A DNA stretch of 63,185 bases, counting the filler, from Rhabdomonas costata (lineage: Eukaryota), in assembly GCA_019059605.1 (NCBI GenBank). It is 46 parts of 46 records of this genome, joined end to end, with 100 filler letters (N's around TTAATTAATTAA, not from the genome) between each part and the next. Parts side by side here need not be neighbours in the genome. Positions count along the whole stretch, not along the records: positions 11,011 to 12,286 come from JAHMHO010020969.1; positions 12,387 to 13,662 come from JAHMHO010020970.1; positions 13,763 to 15,038 come from JAHMHO010020971.1; positions 15,139 to 16,414 come from JAHMHO010020972.1; positions 16,515 to 17,790 come from JAHMHO010020973.1; positions 17,891 to 19,166 come from JAHMHO010020974.1; positions 19,267 to 20,542 come from JAHMHO010020975.1; positions 20,643 to 21,918 come from JAHMHO010020976.1; 38 more parts are not named here. The stretch is one strand, 5' to 3'. Below are positions 11,619-22,049 of the stretch, one piece after another (positions within the stretch are counted from its first letter, which is position 1; the number at the start of each line of letters is the position of its first letter). Below the pieces are notes generated by a model, which saw only the letters and a list, made by a program, of their open reading frames with translations, searched no databases and was not told the origin of the DNA. Both the position numbers and the translations under genes were made by a program.

Positions 11619-12386
11619 GTATTTGGCTTCAGACCCCTCATGGAGGCCCTTCGCTCTTTGATCTCCAAATCGTTTCTCTTGTGGAAAGGGAAATTTGGTT
11701 GCCCTGGTTTTCTTGATCTCGGTATGCCATTGCTCTTCGCTAAGGACCAAAGGACCCTGGGGGTGGAGTAGCGGTCTTCAATGGTTTCGGGAAATGCCTA
11801 ACAGTTGTGCTTTGTTAACCAGATAAGGTGACATTCTTGCTGTGCTCTGCAGATTCGTTTGTTATCGTGGGGGGAGGGGGTTCAAGGGGCTACCCACAAA
11901 TAATGTTGGATGGGAATTGAAATGAAGTTGGGCATTGACGTTTGACGAGCCTGTGTAATTGGTTAAGTTTTGAAGGAGACCAGTGTCTGGCCGCTGCCGG
12001 GGCGCGCGGCTCAGGCGGCTGGATACGTTGAGAGGGTCTGTGTCTGTGATGCCGTGATTGTATTCGCTTCTATTCAAGGGAATTTCAAAGTTCTCAGCAC
12101 CATCAAAAGAATCCATGTTTAAACAAAAACGCACTGTGGGGAAGTGTGGGTGGATAGTCCATCGATGTGTTGCAGTGCCTTTTTGTTTAAACATGGATTC
12201 TTTTGATGGTGCTGAGAACTTTGAAATTCCCTTGAATAGAAGCGAATACAATCACGGCATCACAGACAAAGACCCTCCCAACCAACNNNNNNNNNNNNNN
12301 NNNNNNNNNNNNNNNNNNNNNNNNNNNNNNTTAATTAATTAANNNNNNNNNNNNNNNNNNNNNNNNNNNNNNNNNNNNNNNNNNNN

Positions 12387-12512
12387 ATTGATGAGGAGCG
12401 GTGCGTGACGGACGGCAGGCTTGTGACGGCACAGATTCCTGATGACCTTCCAGCGTACATGTGCGCCATCTTGAAGGAGGCGAGCGGCATCTGCGGAACC
12501 TGCTGCCACTAA
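12387..12512 (+). CDS. DJ-1/PfpI family protein, C-terminal end with stop (copy 1)
   Basis: IDEERCVTDGRLVTAQIPDDLPAYMCAILKEASGICGTCCH*, matching the PfpI C-terminus V-x-DG-x-LVT-x-x-x-P-x-DLPA. Absent from the ORF track. Confidence 0.85.
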   Translation: MDEERCVTDGRLVTAQIPDDLPAYMCAILKEASGICGTCCH

Positions 12513-13431
12513 TACAGGGCCGGGGTGGGGGGAAGTTACATCGCTGCTTTTTGAGGGCTGTCTTGTTATGTTAAGTATTACAGGAGTTATTACTTCTGGT
12601 TCTTACCATTGATATGCCTTTTGTGCTGCACCTTTGGTATGCAGCCTCACTTTTGAGGAGCTGATTGCCTGTGATGTCGTGTTTTTCGCTCTGATATGTT
12701 CTGCCACAATGTTATAAAGCAGTTTTTGTGGGCATCCTGTCCCTTTTACACACAACCTGGTTTATATTTGTGTGGGTGCATCATGCACGATTCTTCATTA
12801 AATGATTCGATTGATGCGATTATGACTTAGTCCTTATTTTCAAAGTGAGTGAGGGTGTACTGTGTTCTCGGAATTGTCGTTGTTCTTCTTGTGCTCTTGG
12901 AAGTGTAGACAGCACCACGGTGGGCTCTTGGGGCATATTGCTGAGCTTTTGTACCGTCTCTAACTTCCACAGGATTCCCATTTTAGTGTTTGGTTTACTC
13001 CCAGGGCGTTGAGCACAAACCCGCACTGTCGAGCCCGCAAAATGTAATGACGTAAATGCAACAAAAACATGAAGGGAATTAAACCCGTCCCCCATCCCCC
13101 ATAGTTAACAATCCACTTCCCGTGTTCAAATTACGTTCAGAATGGCAAAAAAGAAGGATTCTCAGAGGAATGGAGTTGCTTTGTACTACCAACATATTGC
13201 ACTCTGGTACACCACGGCGAGTATTTTACCCAGGGCGACGACTTTTAGCTTCCTCTGCGTCACAAATTCGTCTTCCTCCAGTTTCGCTGCGGCTACCTCG
13301 GAATTCACGAGGACGGTGATGATTGTTGCATGATTAAACCATACCCTGGCTCTTCCAAGGATCAGGTCCATGCATGCTCGTGCTTCTTCGCACACCGGTC
13401 TCTGGAAAAGGCCTTTAGCTTTCTGCAAAGA

Positions 13432-13596
13432 ATGTCCTCGAAGGGCCTGGCGGTAGTGTTCGTGGAGGAGGGCTACGAGACCCTGGAGTTCCACTACCCG
13501 CGGCTGCGGCTTCAGGAGGCAGGATACCACGTGGAGGTGGTGAGCCCGGAGAAGGGCAAGACGTACAAGGCCAAGGATGGCCAGTACCCTGCTAAG
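13432..13596 (+). CDS. DJ-1/PfpI family protein, first exon (copy 2)
   Basis: MSSKGLAVVFVEEGYETLEFHYPRLRLQEAGYHVEVVSPEKGKTYKAKDGQYPAK, then a GT donor. Matches the PfpI N-terminus E-x-x-E-x-x-YP-x-x-RL-x-EAG. Confidence 0.88.
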
Positions 13597-13855
13597 GTTC
13601 CCTCACTGTGTGGGTGCGGTGGCTTTTTTGTTTTTTCATTTTGGCAAAGAAACTACTGTTTGNNNNNNNNNNNNNNNNNNNNNNNNNNNNNNNNNNNNNN
13701 NNNNNNTTAATTAATTAANNNNNNNNNNNNNNNNNNNNNNNNNNNNNNNNNNNNNNNNNNNNCCAACTTTGCGTTGTTGTGTTCGTTTCGGTTTCTTCGG
13801 CCATCGCCACTTGACCGTTTATGAAGTCTGATGTCGCCTGCTTTGGTTCCCACAG

Positions 13856-14539
13856 GGGCACGTACAATGAACGCCTCAACCTGGTCAACGCGTCGCAGTG
13901 CTCGCCATGCTCTCCGGGGATGTACTGTATGGGCAGCAACAACACCGCCCCCACCGGAAGCTGCCTGCAGGGTGTGCACATTGGGAAAAACCACAGCCCT
14001 TTGTCTTGGAATGAGTTGAGCTCCATCCGAGCAAGACAAATTTGGCTCAGTTCAGCAGCTTCAGTTGTTGCCTGTTGTGTTATCGCGTATGAAAACGCAG
14101 CATTCTTCGATTCTTGAAGAAGAAATGAAGAAATTCTCTCTCTCGCCCTCGCGAAATTCAGGATATTATTGCGAGCAAGGCTGTGACGACCCCCGGTGCA
14201 CCCTCGCGACCACGGGCTCGTCCTCGTTCAGCATTGGCGGGCAGTGTACAAGCGGTCATTACTGCCCCAATGGTGTGACTCGAGAGTCTTGGTTTGGACT
14301 CATAACGTGTCGCGTTTCATAATTTTTAGGCACACAGTCTTGTCGTGCGATGAATTATTTCGGTTTAATGTGAAGGCAGTAACCGAAGAGCTGGGTTCTC
14401 AGCGACTGTAGACTGCACGTAGTACGTAGCGCGTGCCACGTGTGCTTTCCAGGGACTGCCACGCCGTACCCATGCCCTGCGGGAACTTTCACACCCATTG
14501 CCGGGAATATTGCGCTTACGGAGTGCCAGGCCTGCCCAG
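13856..14539 (+). CDS. Cys-rich GCC2_GCC3 / ephrin-receptor-like repeat protein, 3 exons
   Basis: Exons 13856-13971, 14162-14272 and 14453-14539 (phase-1 introns): GTYN...CSPCSPGMYC...TGSCLQG|YYCEQG...GGQCTSGHYCPNG|TATPYPCPAGTF...ECQACP. Confidence 0.85.
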
Positions 14540-15773
14540 GTCTGCGGCCTCGCTCTCTGTGGAGATGCTTTTGGATATCTGCATCCTGGATTTGGCTGCA
14601 ATGGGGCCTTTAACCATCGAAACTCCCATTTGCTGTATTTGCCTTGAACGTTTGAACGTTATGGGTTTTACGTGAGAGTTTTTTATCCACTGTGGCTGCG
14701 TCGATGTTGAGGAAGGTGGATTTTATTGACTTCTGAGCGAATCGTTCAGAAATGCAAACCCAACAGTTCCCGCTCATAAACACAGAAACAGTACATGTTG
14801 GCAAGTCACACGACAAGGAAAGCAATAGTGCTCACAGGGTTTCGATCAAGCAGGGCTGCGTGTGTGTGCATTGTTTAACAATGTGAAGATGTAAACAAAT
14901 GGCAGGGGTGAGGATAAAAAACTCTCACGTAAAACCCATAACGTTCAAACGTTCAAGGCAAATACAGCAAATGGGAGTTTCGATGGTTAAAGGCCCCATT
15001 GCAGCCAAATCCAGGATGCAGATATCCAAAACCCACCCNNNNNNNNNNNNNNNNNNNNNNNNNNNNNNNNNNNNNNNNNNNNTTAATTAATTAANNNNNN
15101 NNNNNNNNNNNNNNNNNNNNNNNNNNNNNNNNNNNNNNGGGTGTGGAATTACAAAAGCCGAAAATGCGCAAAAGTACGCAGAAAAGAGAAGAAAAGAGAA
15201 GCGCAGCGATCATCATCTTCCTCCCCCATCTTCCCAGATCAAAAGATGATGATCGCTGCGCTCCCCTTTTCTTCCCTTTTCTGCGTACTTTTGCGCATTT
15301 TCGGCTTTTGATCTGGGAAGATGGGGGAGGAAGATGAAAACATTTCCGCCCGAGTTTAAGTAAAACTATGAGGGCTTTGCACCTTGGTGTGTGGGGGTAG
15401 GCGTGCTCGTTGTCATAACCTCTGGGATGTCGGCGCAAAAGAAGCGTGGGGGCTAAATGTCACCCATTTAGTCTAGTCGCAGGCCTGACATCTTCGTGTG
15501 TGCTTGTGGGTGAGGGACTGGGCTGCCTGTGGTGCGGTTTTCTGGTAACCTTTCAGGATTTTGTTGAGTGACTTGTGGTCTAGTGCCAGCACCCATATGC
15601 TTCAGGCGTCTTAGGCGAGGGATAGCTTTTCTTTCATTCATCGGTTCCATGCTTTCAACGCACAGACATATTCCGACGCGAATAAACAGACACAACTGTG
15701 TCCCTGAGTCAGAACGAGGCAAGTGCGTTGCAACCCCTCACCCCTTTCTCTGTTCTGTTTCTTTCCGGCGCAG

Positions 15774-15992
15774 GTCCTCCCAAAAGCCACCAACCGCGGC
15801 GGTGACGAGGACCCCCTCCATAGCTTCGAGTTTGCACTGGCGCAGCCTGGGGAGCTGCTGCGCTCGGACGCACGCGAGGGCTCCCTGAGGGCCTTCCTGG
15901 CAATGGTGACCTCCCCGGCGCACCACCGATGCTTTGGTGGGCTGCTGGAGACTGTGAGGACCGGCAAGCCGGCGTCCCATACTGCCCTCTGG
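15774..15992 (+). CDS. SAM-dependent O-methyltransferase (Methyltransf_2-like), internal exon
   Basis: FALAQPGELLRSDAREGSLRAFLAM...FGGLLETVRTGKPA fits F-x-L-x-x-x-x-ELLRSD...SLR...L-x-E-x-VRTG-x-PA of class II OMTs. CAG acceptor, GTGGGG donor. Confidence 0.7.
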
Positions 15993-16635
15993 GTGGGGGT
16001 GGGGGTCTGGTATCACCCAGCGGAAGGCGTGAGCTGAATGCGGGTGTTCCAACAGGAACCGTCTCCATCCCGATAGTGATAGTAAAGAGGACCAGGCCAG
16101 TGGCGACCGGGTGGAGCCTGGGCGTTGCCTGGGAATCGTCTGTCCCCAACCCCCAACCCAAAAAACATATACGAGCGCAGTTCCAGGCAGGCATCTGCTT
16201 TGGGTGGGTGAATGACTGGAGTTTGACTTAAATTTCTAATTTTGTGCGGTTTTAATACCTCAAGGCGCGTATCTCATTGTTTGTGGTGGGGGAAGAGGTC
16301 CCTACCGCTGTCAGTCATCCCGTTTGCGTTCTGTTCACCGTGGACAGTTCAGGTTGGCAAATAGCTTATTTGGGAACGCACTCCACCACCTCTGAGCGGC
16401 ATCAAACCCCACAANNNNNNNNNNNNNNNNNNNNNNNNNNNNNNNNNNNNNNNNNNNNTTAATTAATTAANNNNNNNNNNNNNNNNNNNNNNNNNNNNNN
16501 NNNNNNNNNNNNNNGGTGTGGTGTGATCTTTCTTAATTTCATAAATTTATTATTTAACTCATATTTATTATCTTCTTTTTTAAATCAATTACATTATCAA
16601 TTGTTCTTATTTTACTATATACTGACAAAATAAAA

Positions 16636-17352
16636 ATGAAAAAATATATAACATTCTTAGAAACATGTAATGAGAGATTACGTATTGACAGATTATCAAA
16701 TAAAAACATGATCATACCATTTAAAAGTGTTAATGATAGTAAAATAATAAATACAAAAAATAATAAAAGAATGTTATTATTGGAAGAAAAACGTGAATTA
16801 ACAGATCAAGATAAGATATATTTAAAGTCAGTATTTAGTAAAATAAGAACAATTGATAATGTAATTGATTTAAAAAAGAAGATAATAAATATGAGTTAAA
16901 TAATAAATTTATGAAATTAAGAAAGATCATACCATCGTTAAAAGAACTAAAGAATATGATAGGATTAACAGAAATAAAAAAATGAGATTTTTGAACATAT
17001 ATGTTATTTTGTACAAGATTTAAATAATAACAATGAACGTATGCACATTGTTATAACTGGTTCGCCTGGTGTAGGAAAAACAGAACTTGCTAAAATTATC
17101 GGTAAAATTTATTTAAATTTGGGATTTTTAACATTTGATAAATTTATTATCGCCAAACGATCTGATTTAATAGGTGAATTTTTAGGAACAACAGCAACAA
17201 AACCACAAAAAGTAATAGATAATGCACAAAATGGAGTATTATTTATCTATCTGTGAAATTTATTCATTGGGCAATAATGAAAAGAGAGATTCATATGCAA
17301 AAGAATGTATAGATACAATAAACCAAAATTTAACAGAAAATAGAGGTAAATT
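16636..17352 (+). pseudogene. Disrupted CbxX/CfxQ/SpoVK-type AAA+ ATPase of giant-virus (Imitervirales-like) type
   Basis: Read across 3 frameshifts: KLRKIIPSLKELKNMIGLTEIK/NEIFEHICYFVQDLNNNNERMHIVITGSPGVGKTELAKIIGKIY...KRSDLIGEFLGTTA...NGVLFI/CEIYSLGNNEKRDSYAKECIDTINQNLTENRGKF. Intronless and extremely AT-rich. Walker A intact, Walker B broken by a TATC duplication. Confidence 0.8.
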
Positions 17353-17460
17353 TTCATCTTGATTCATATTATATGTAAGTATACATGTTTGAATAGCTTT
17401 ATATACAATAGCAACTAAAGATGAAATTGCAATTAGAAATGCTCCTGATTCTAATAGCAT
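17353..17460 (-). CDS. Short AT-rich ORF start with a hydrophobic N-terminus, truncated at the junction with the ATPase
   Basis: MLLESGAFLIAISSLVAIVYKAIQTCILTYNMNQD, with the same AT-rich composition. It collides head-on with the truncated ATPase. Confidence 0.35.
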
Positions 17461-17529
17461 ATAAGATATTCATTCATATAATTATTACTAGTATGGATGT
17501 CATTTAGATATAAGTTCAAATAATTGTAA

Positions 17530-17537
17530 AAAATTGA
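17530..17537 (+). promoter_or_regulatory. AAAATTGA motif, identical to the Mimiviridae early promoter
   Basis: Exact octamer in AT-rich intergenic DNA of the virus-like segment. It could arise by chance at this AT content. Confidence 0.35.
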
Positions 17538-18015
17538 ACTTTTATTTTATTACATCTTATATATTTGTATTGAATCACTTCGTCTCAGTGGTTGTTTTTC
17601 TTTGCTACTTTTGCAATCCATCACTGATCAAATGCAACGGCTTCCATTCAATTCTGGTGTTGATTTGCTTCATTCTTCTTCCCCTGCCTACAACAAATGG
17701 TCCCCATGACGAGTTTGACTCCCAGGGATGAACATCCAGGAGTTGAACTCGTCATGGGGACCATTTGTTGTAGGCAGGGGAACAAAAAACNNNNNNNNNN
17801 NNNNNNNNNNNNNNNNNNNNNNNNNNNNNNNNNNTTAATTAATTAANNNNNNNNNNNNNNNNNNNNNNNNNNNNNNNNNNNNNNNNNNNNGTTGTGGGGT
17901 GCTCTTCGACGTTTGCGTTGCTTTTGCCGAAGAAAGGAATGGTTTCTTGCTTGCTTGCACTGGCCCACCATATGTTTCGCTTCTTGCCCTCGTGACTCGT
18001 GACTTGTGGGGGCAG

Positions 18016-19019
18016 GTACTTCGTGCTGGATGCTCATGTGCTCCACGAGAGCTCCGAGGGTGAGTGCCAGCGCGCCTTCGCCGCCGAGCTGGAGTTTATT
18101 CGCCCGCGGCTGGCCTTGGTTCTGCGTGCTTTTCTCACTTTGCTCCGCACCGCAGCAAATGTCAAACTCTCATTTGAATACCTCCAGATTTATGCCCACA
18201 CTAAGTCAGTATCGCGTATTTCCAATTTGCCCCGTTGCCTTTATACGTAAGACCTACATGCTACATGGAGTTTGTTTGTCCAACTTTCTTCGGCGACAGC
18301 TTTTTTTTGCTGCAACAACGCTCCACCTGGCTAAACAAGGCAGGCATGATCTCCAGTCCACAACCTGGTCCTGCCTAGTTGCACCGGTACCGTTCATGGG
18401 TGGTTTTTTCTCGTTGCGCTGTGGACGCTCTCGTCCAGAAGCGGCGCAAAAGGGATTCCAAAGAGACGCCAAAGGGCACCACAACCGCTGAGTGGGTGAA
18501 AGGCCGAGAAACGCCTAACCCCATGGACCGGCTACGCAGCTGTTTTAGATGCCCGCTGTGTGTGCAGAGACCCCTGGCCCGCTTCGGCTTAGAGATGCAT
18601 GATTGTACCAGTCATTTAATGCTCAATATTTTGCCACCCTTTTTTCACTTCTTCCCTGTTATGGTGAACCGAGCACACAGTTGCTGTTCTTGTGTGTTTC
18701 TCCCATCCTCATCAACCGCTCTCTCTCTCTCTCTTGCTGTTTGTCTCTCGTTTGAGCGGTTTAGTTGTTTTTTGTATGGCGGTAGGGGGTGCAGTGGAGT
18801 GGGGTGGGGGTTCAGGCCCCGAACAACGAGTCCCCTTACCCCCATCTGCTGGCAGTCCTGCGCGGGGTGGAAGCCGTGCTGGGGGGCCAGTCCCCATCTC
18901 CAGCCAGTGAGGTGGAGGGGCTCCTACAGCAGCTCACCAGCGCGCATCCATACTGCGTCCCCGCTCTGGGGGCTCTGGAACAGCTGCACGAGTACCTCGC
19001 TGAGAAATCCACGGACCAG
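18016..19019 (+). CDS. FNTA: Protein farnesyl/geranylgeranyltransferase alpha subunit, 2 exons
   Basis: Exons 18016-18118 and 18816-19019: (R)YFVL...AELEFIRPRLAL|APNNESPYPHLLAVL, matching the PPTA repeat pattern RYFV...E-x-x-F...AP-x-NES. Confidence 0.62.
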
Positions 19020-19276
19020 GTAAGCCGTACCGCATATGCACGTAGGCAAGCTTCTCTTGATCGCTAGACCCTGGGAGGATGCACTGTTTTGTATGCCACT
19101 ACCCTGGCCAGCTACCCTGCACGTCACCAAACCTCAACAGCCGATGCCATTTCAAGACCAGCAATGNNNNNNNNNNNNNNNNNNNNNNNNNNNNNNNNNN
19201 NNNNNNNNNNTTAATTAATTAANNNNNNNNNNNNNNNNNNNNNNNNNNNNNNNNNNNNNNNNNNNNGGGGGTTTTT

Positions 19277-20530
19277 GTCGAGCGCCTGGCGAGCCAACCC
19301 TTCGATCTGGAACAAGGGCCCCTGTTGCGGGTCAGCCTGCTGAAGCTTGCCGACGACGACCACGTGCTGGTGGTCGCCATGCACCACATCGTCTCGGACG
19401 GTTGGTCGGTGCCAATCATGATCGAAGAACTGATCGCCCTCTATCAGGCCCATGTGAATGGAACCGAGGCCAACCTGCCGGCTCTCTCCGTTCAATACGC
19501 CGATTACGCCGCGTGGCAGCGCCAATGGATGGAGGCCGGCGAACAAGAACGTCAACTCGGCTACTGGAAAGACCAACTGGGCACCGAGCAACCGGTACTG
19601 CAATTACCCGCAGACCGCCCGCGCTCGGCGGTGCAAAGCCAGGCAGGTGCCGACTGCGAAATCCTCGTCGAACCAGCACTGGCCAGGCAGCTCAAACAAC
19701 TGGCAGCGCAGCACAATTGCACGCTGTTCATGGTGCTGCTCGCCTCGTTTCAAGCGCTGCTGCACCGCTACAGTGGCCAGGCGCAGATTCGCGTCGGGGT
19801 ACCGGTGGCCAACCGTACCCGCGCTGAAGCAGAACGCCTGATCGGCTTCTTCGTCAACACCCAAGTGCTTCAGGCAGAGATGAACAGCCAGACGCGCTTC
19901 AGTGATTTACTGGCGCACGTCAAGGACGCGGCCCTTGGCGCCCAAGCTCATCAGGACCTGCCATTCGAGCAACTGGTGGAAGCCCTGCAACCGGAACGCA
20001 GCCTGAGCCACAGCCCGCTGTTCCAGGTCATGCTCAACCACCAATACGAAGACGCCGGCGTTGCTCCGGCGATTGCGGGCCTGAAGGTCAAGAACCTGAG
20101 CTGGGAACGCCGCACTGCCCAATATGAATTGACCCTCAACACCATCGAAAACGAGCAGGGCCTGAGCGCCACCCTGAGTTACGCCACCGACCTGTTCGAT
20201 CGGACAACCGTCGAACGGATCACCGGCCACTGGCTGAACGTGCTGCAGGCTGTGTGCCGTGACCCCGCCCGCCCCATCGGTGAATTGCCGTTGCTCAGCG
20301 CCGCAGAGAAGCAGGTGCTGCTGCAGGACTTCAACCGCAGCCACTACCACGGCGGCCACCTTGAATGCGTTCATCAATCCTTCGAAGCCCAGGCCGCCCG
20401 TACCCCGGACGCCGTGGCACTGCTGTTTGGCGAGCACACCCTGAGTTTTGGCGAACTCAATCGCCGGGCCAATCGCCTGGCGCACAAACTGGTGGAGCTG
20501 GGGGTCAAGCCCGAGGTATTGGTGGGCATT
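19277..20530 (+). CDS. Bacterial non-ribosomal peptide synthetase fragment (LCL condensation domain + start of A domain), Pseudomonas pyoverdine-synthetase-like
   Basis: The whole contig is open and intronless. Motifs: PFDLEQGPLLRV, MHHIVSDGWS (HHxxxDG), QYADYAAWQRQW, IGFFVNTQVL, HQDLPFEQLVEALQPERSLSH, and A1 core LSFGELNRRANRLA. Confidence 0.95.
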
Positions 20531-20964
20531 GACCCCCCACCCNNNNNNNNNNNNNNNNNNNNNNNNNNNNNNNNNNNNNNNNNNNNTTAATTAATTAANN
20601 NNNNNNNNNNNNNNNNNNNNNNNNNNNNNNNNNNNNNNNNNNGTTGGTGTGTTTGGTGTGGTTGTTAATTAGAAGAAGTTGAAAACCCCCAGTTGATGGT
20701 CTTTGGATCCTAAGTTGACATCTCCTTGAGAGTCAGCGTGTGACAGTTGCATAAGATTTTGAAGTAATTTTCCGAGTCTGAAAAATGCACAGAGTTTTGC
20801 GAGTGGAGCGTAAAAGCAGACGAGTTTTCAGATGAGTCTTTGGATGATTTGTCAGGGACAGCTTTGATCACCATTGCCATTCCAGATAGACTTGATAGAG
20901 AGGTTTGGGTTCTTGGGAGAGTTTCCAGACCCTCCACCCATCAACCACTAATGTTCTTGCCGTT

Positions 20965-21279
20965 ATGATTTGGAACACCCAAGTTAGGGCGTTATTGTAT
21001 TTCGGAGCTTCAGATTCGTTTATTATTCAGGAGTTGGTCCATAGATTCCGTTTGCATAAATACCAGTTGCAGCAGAATTTTACAGTGATGGTTGCAAGGG
21101 AAGGACTTCCAGTGACGTACTTCGTCCGAGTTGTCGGGAAAAGTGTTGGGTACCATGCCAATCAAATTGTTTTGAGAGTGATAAAGACGGCAATCCCAGT
21201 AGTGCTGGGCTATCCATTTTTACAAGGATGCAACAGCATTTTAATTGGAAGAGCACAAATGTCAAGGTATGGATGGTGA
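20965..21279 (+). mobile_element. Degenerate Ty3/gypsy-type aspartic protease (LTR retrotransposon relic)
   Basis: QVRALLYFGASDSFI (from A-L-L-D-S-G-A-S-x-x-F-I, catalytic Asp lost)...FTVMVA...VVLGYPFL. Flanks contain stops. Confidence 0.7.
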
Positions 21280-21703
21280 AGAATGTAAGACATCCAGAGC
21301 TTCAAGCGGTGGATTCATTTCAAGTCACATGCTCCACCACATGAACGTTGGAGGCTGAGCAAGTGGAAGCCCCGGTTAACACGTTGAATGCTCCACGATC
21401 GTTCCCCCCAGCCCAAAATAGCAGTGGAGGTGGAGGCTACGTTCAGAGTGTTGGAGTCTTGTTGGAGACCATTGCGAGCTGTGCGAAAACAAATCCAAAG
21501 TCACATCCACATGGTTTACGTACTAGAGGTGGAAGAGATTGTGCCATTCAAGCAAGACGAAGGGAAAAGGTGGGAGAAGGGATACAATGATGAAAGCAAG
21601 CATTACAGCGCCTTTGTTCTCCTCTGAAAATTCTTTAGTTGTTGGAGTGGAGTTGCTCTTGTGGTTGAGAAGTACACTTTGCCTCCATGTTGTTTTTTGT
21701 CAG

Positions 21704-21806
21704 GGAAGAAAGACAAACTCGCGAAAAACTCCGCCACGACCAGGAAAGGGAATACGAGGAAACTCAGCGTAAAGACATGGAACGGCTGGAAGCCCGCCGC
21801 AAGCAG
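21704..21806 (+). CDS. Coiled-coil exon, FAF1/FAF2 (UAS-UBX)-like
   Basis: TTTTTTGTCAG acceptor and CAG|GT donor. EERQTREKLRHDQEREYEETQRKDMERLEARRKQ resembles the LR-x-x-Q-[DE]-x-x-Y-x-x-[ST]-x-x-x-D helix of UBX proteins. Confidence 0.5.
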
Positions 21807-22049
21807 GTCCATGTCAAATTTTATACTTTCTATTTTCCTTTTACTCCTTTCTTTTCAGTCCCTCCCTGTTTGTTTCTTTCTTTATTTCTTTCTTTATTTA
21901 TTTTCAACCCCCACACCCNNNNNNNNNNNNNNNNNNNNNNNNNNNNNNNNNNNNNNNNNNNNTTAATTAATTAANNNNNNNNNNNNNNNNNNNNNNNNNN
22001 NNNNNNNNNNNNNNNNNNTGCCAATAAACATCTGCTGGGTCGCTGTTGC

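Noticed and set aside
11862-12342. Twin ORFs with identical N-termini on opposite strands
   Set aside because: They are a by-product of the terminal fold-back repeat.
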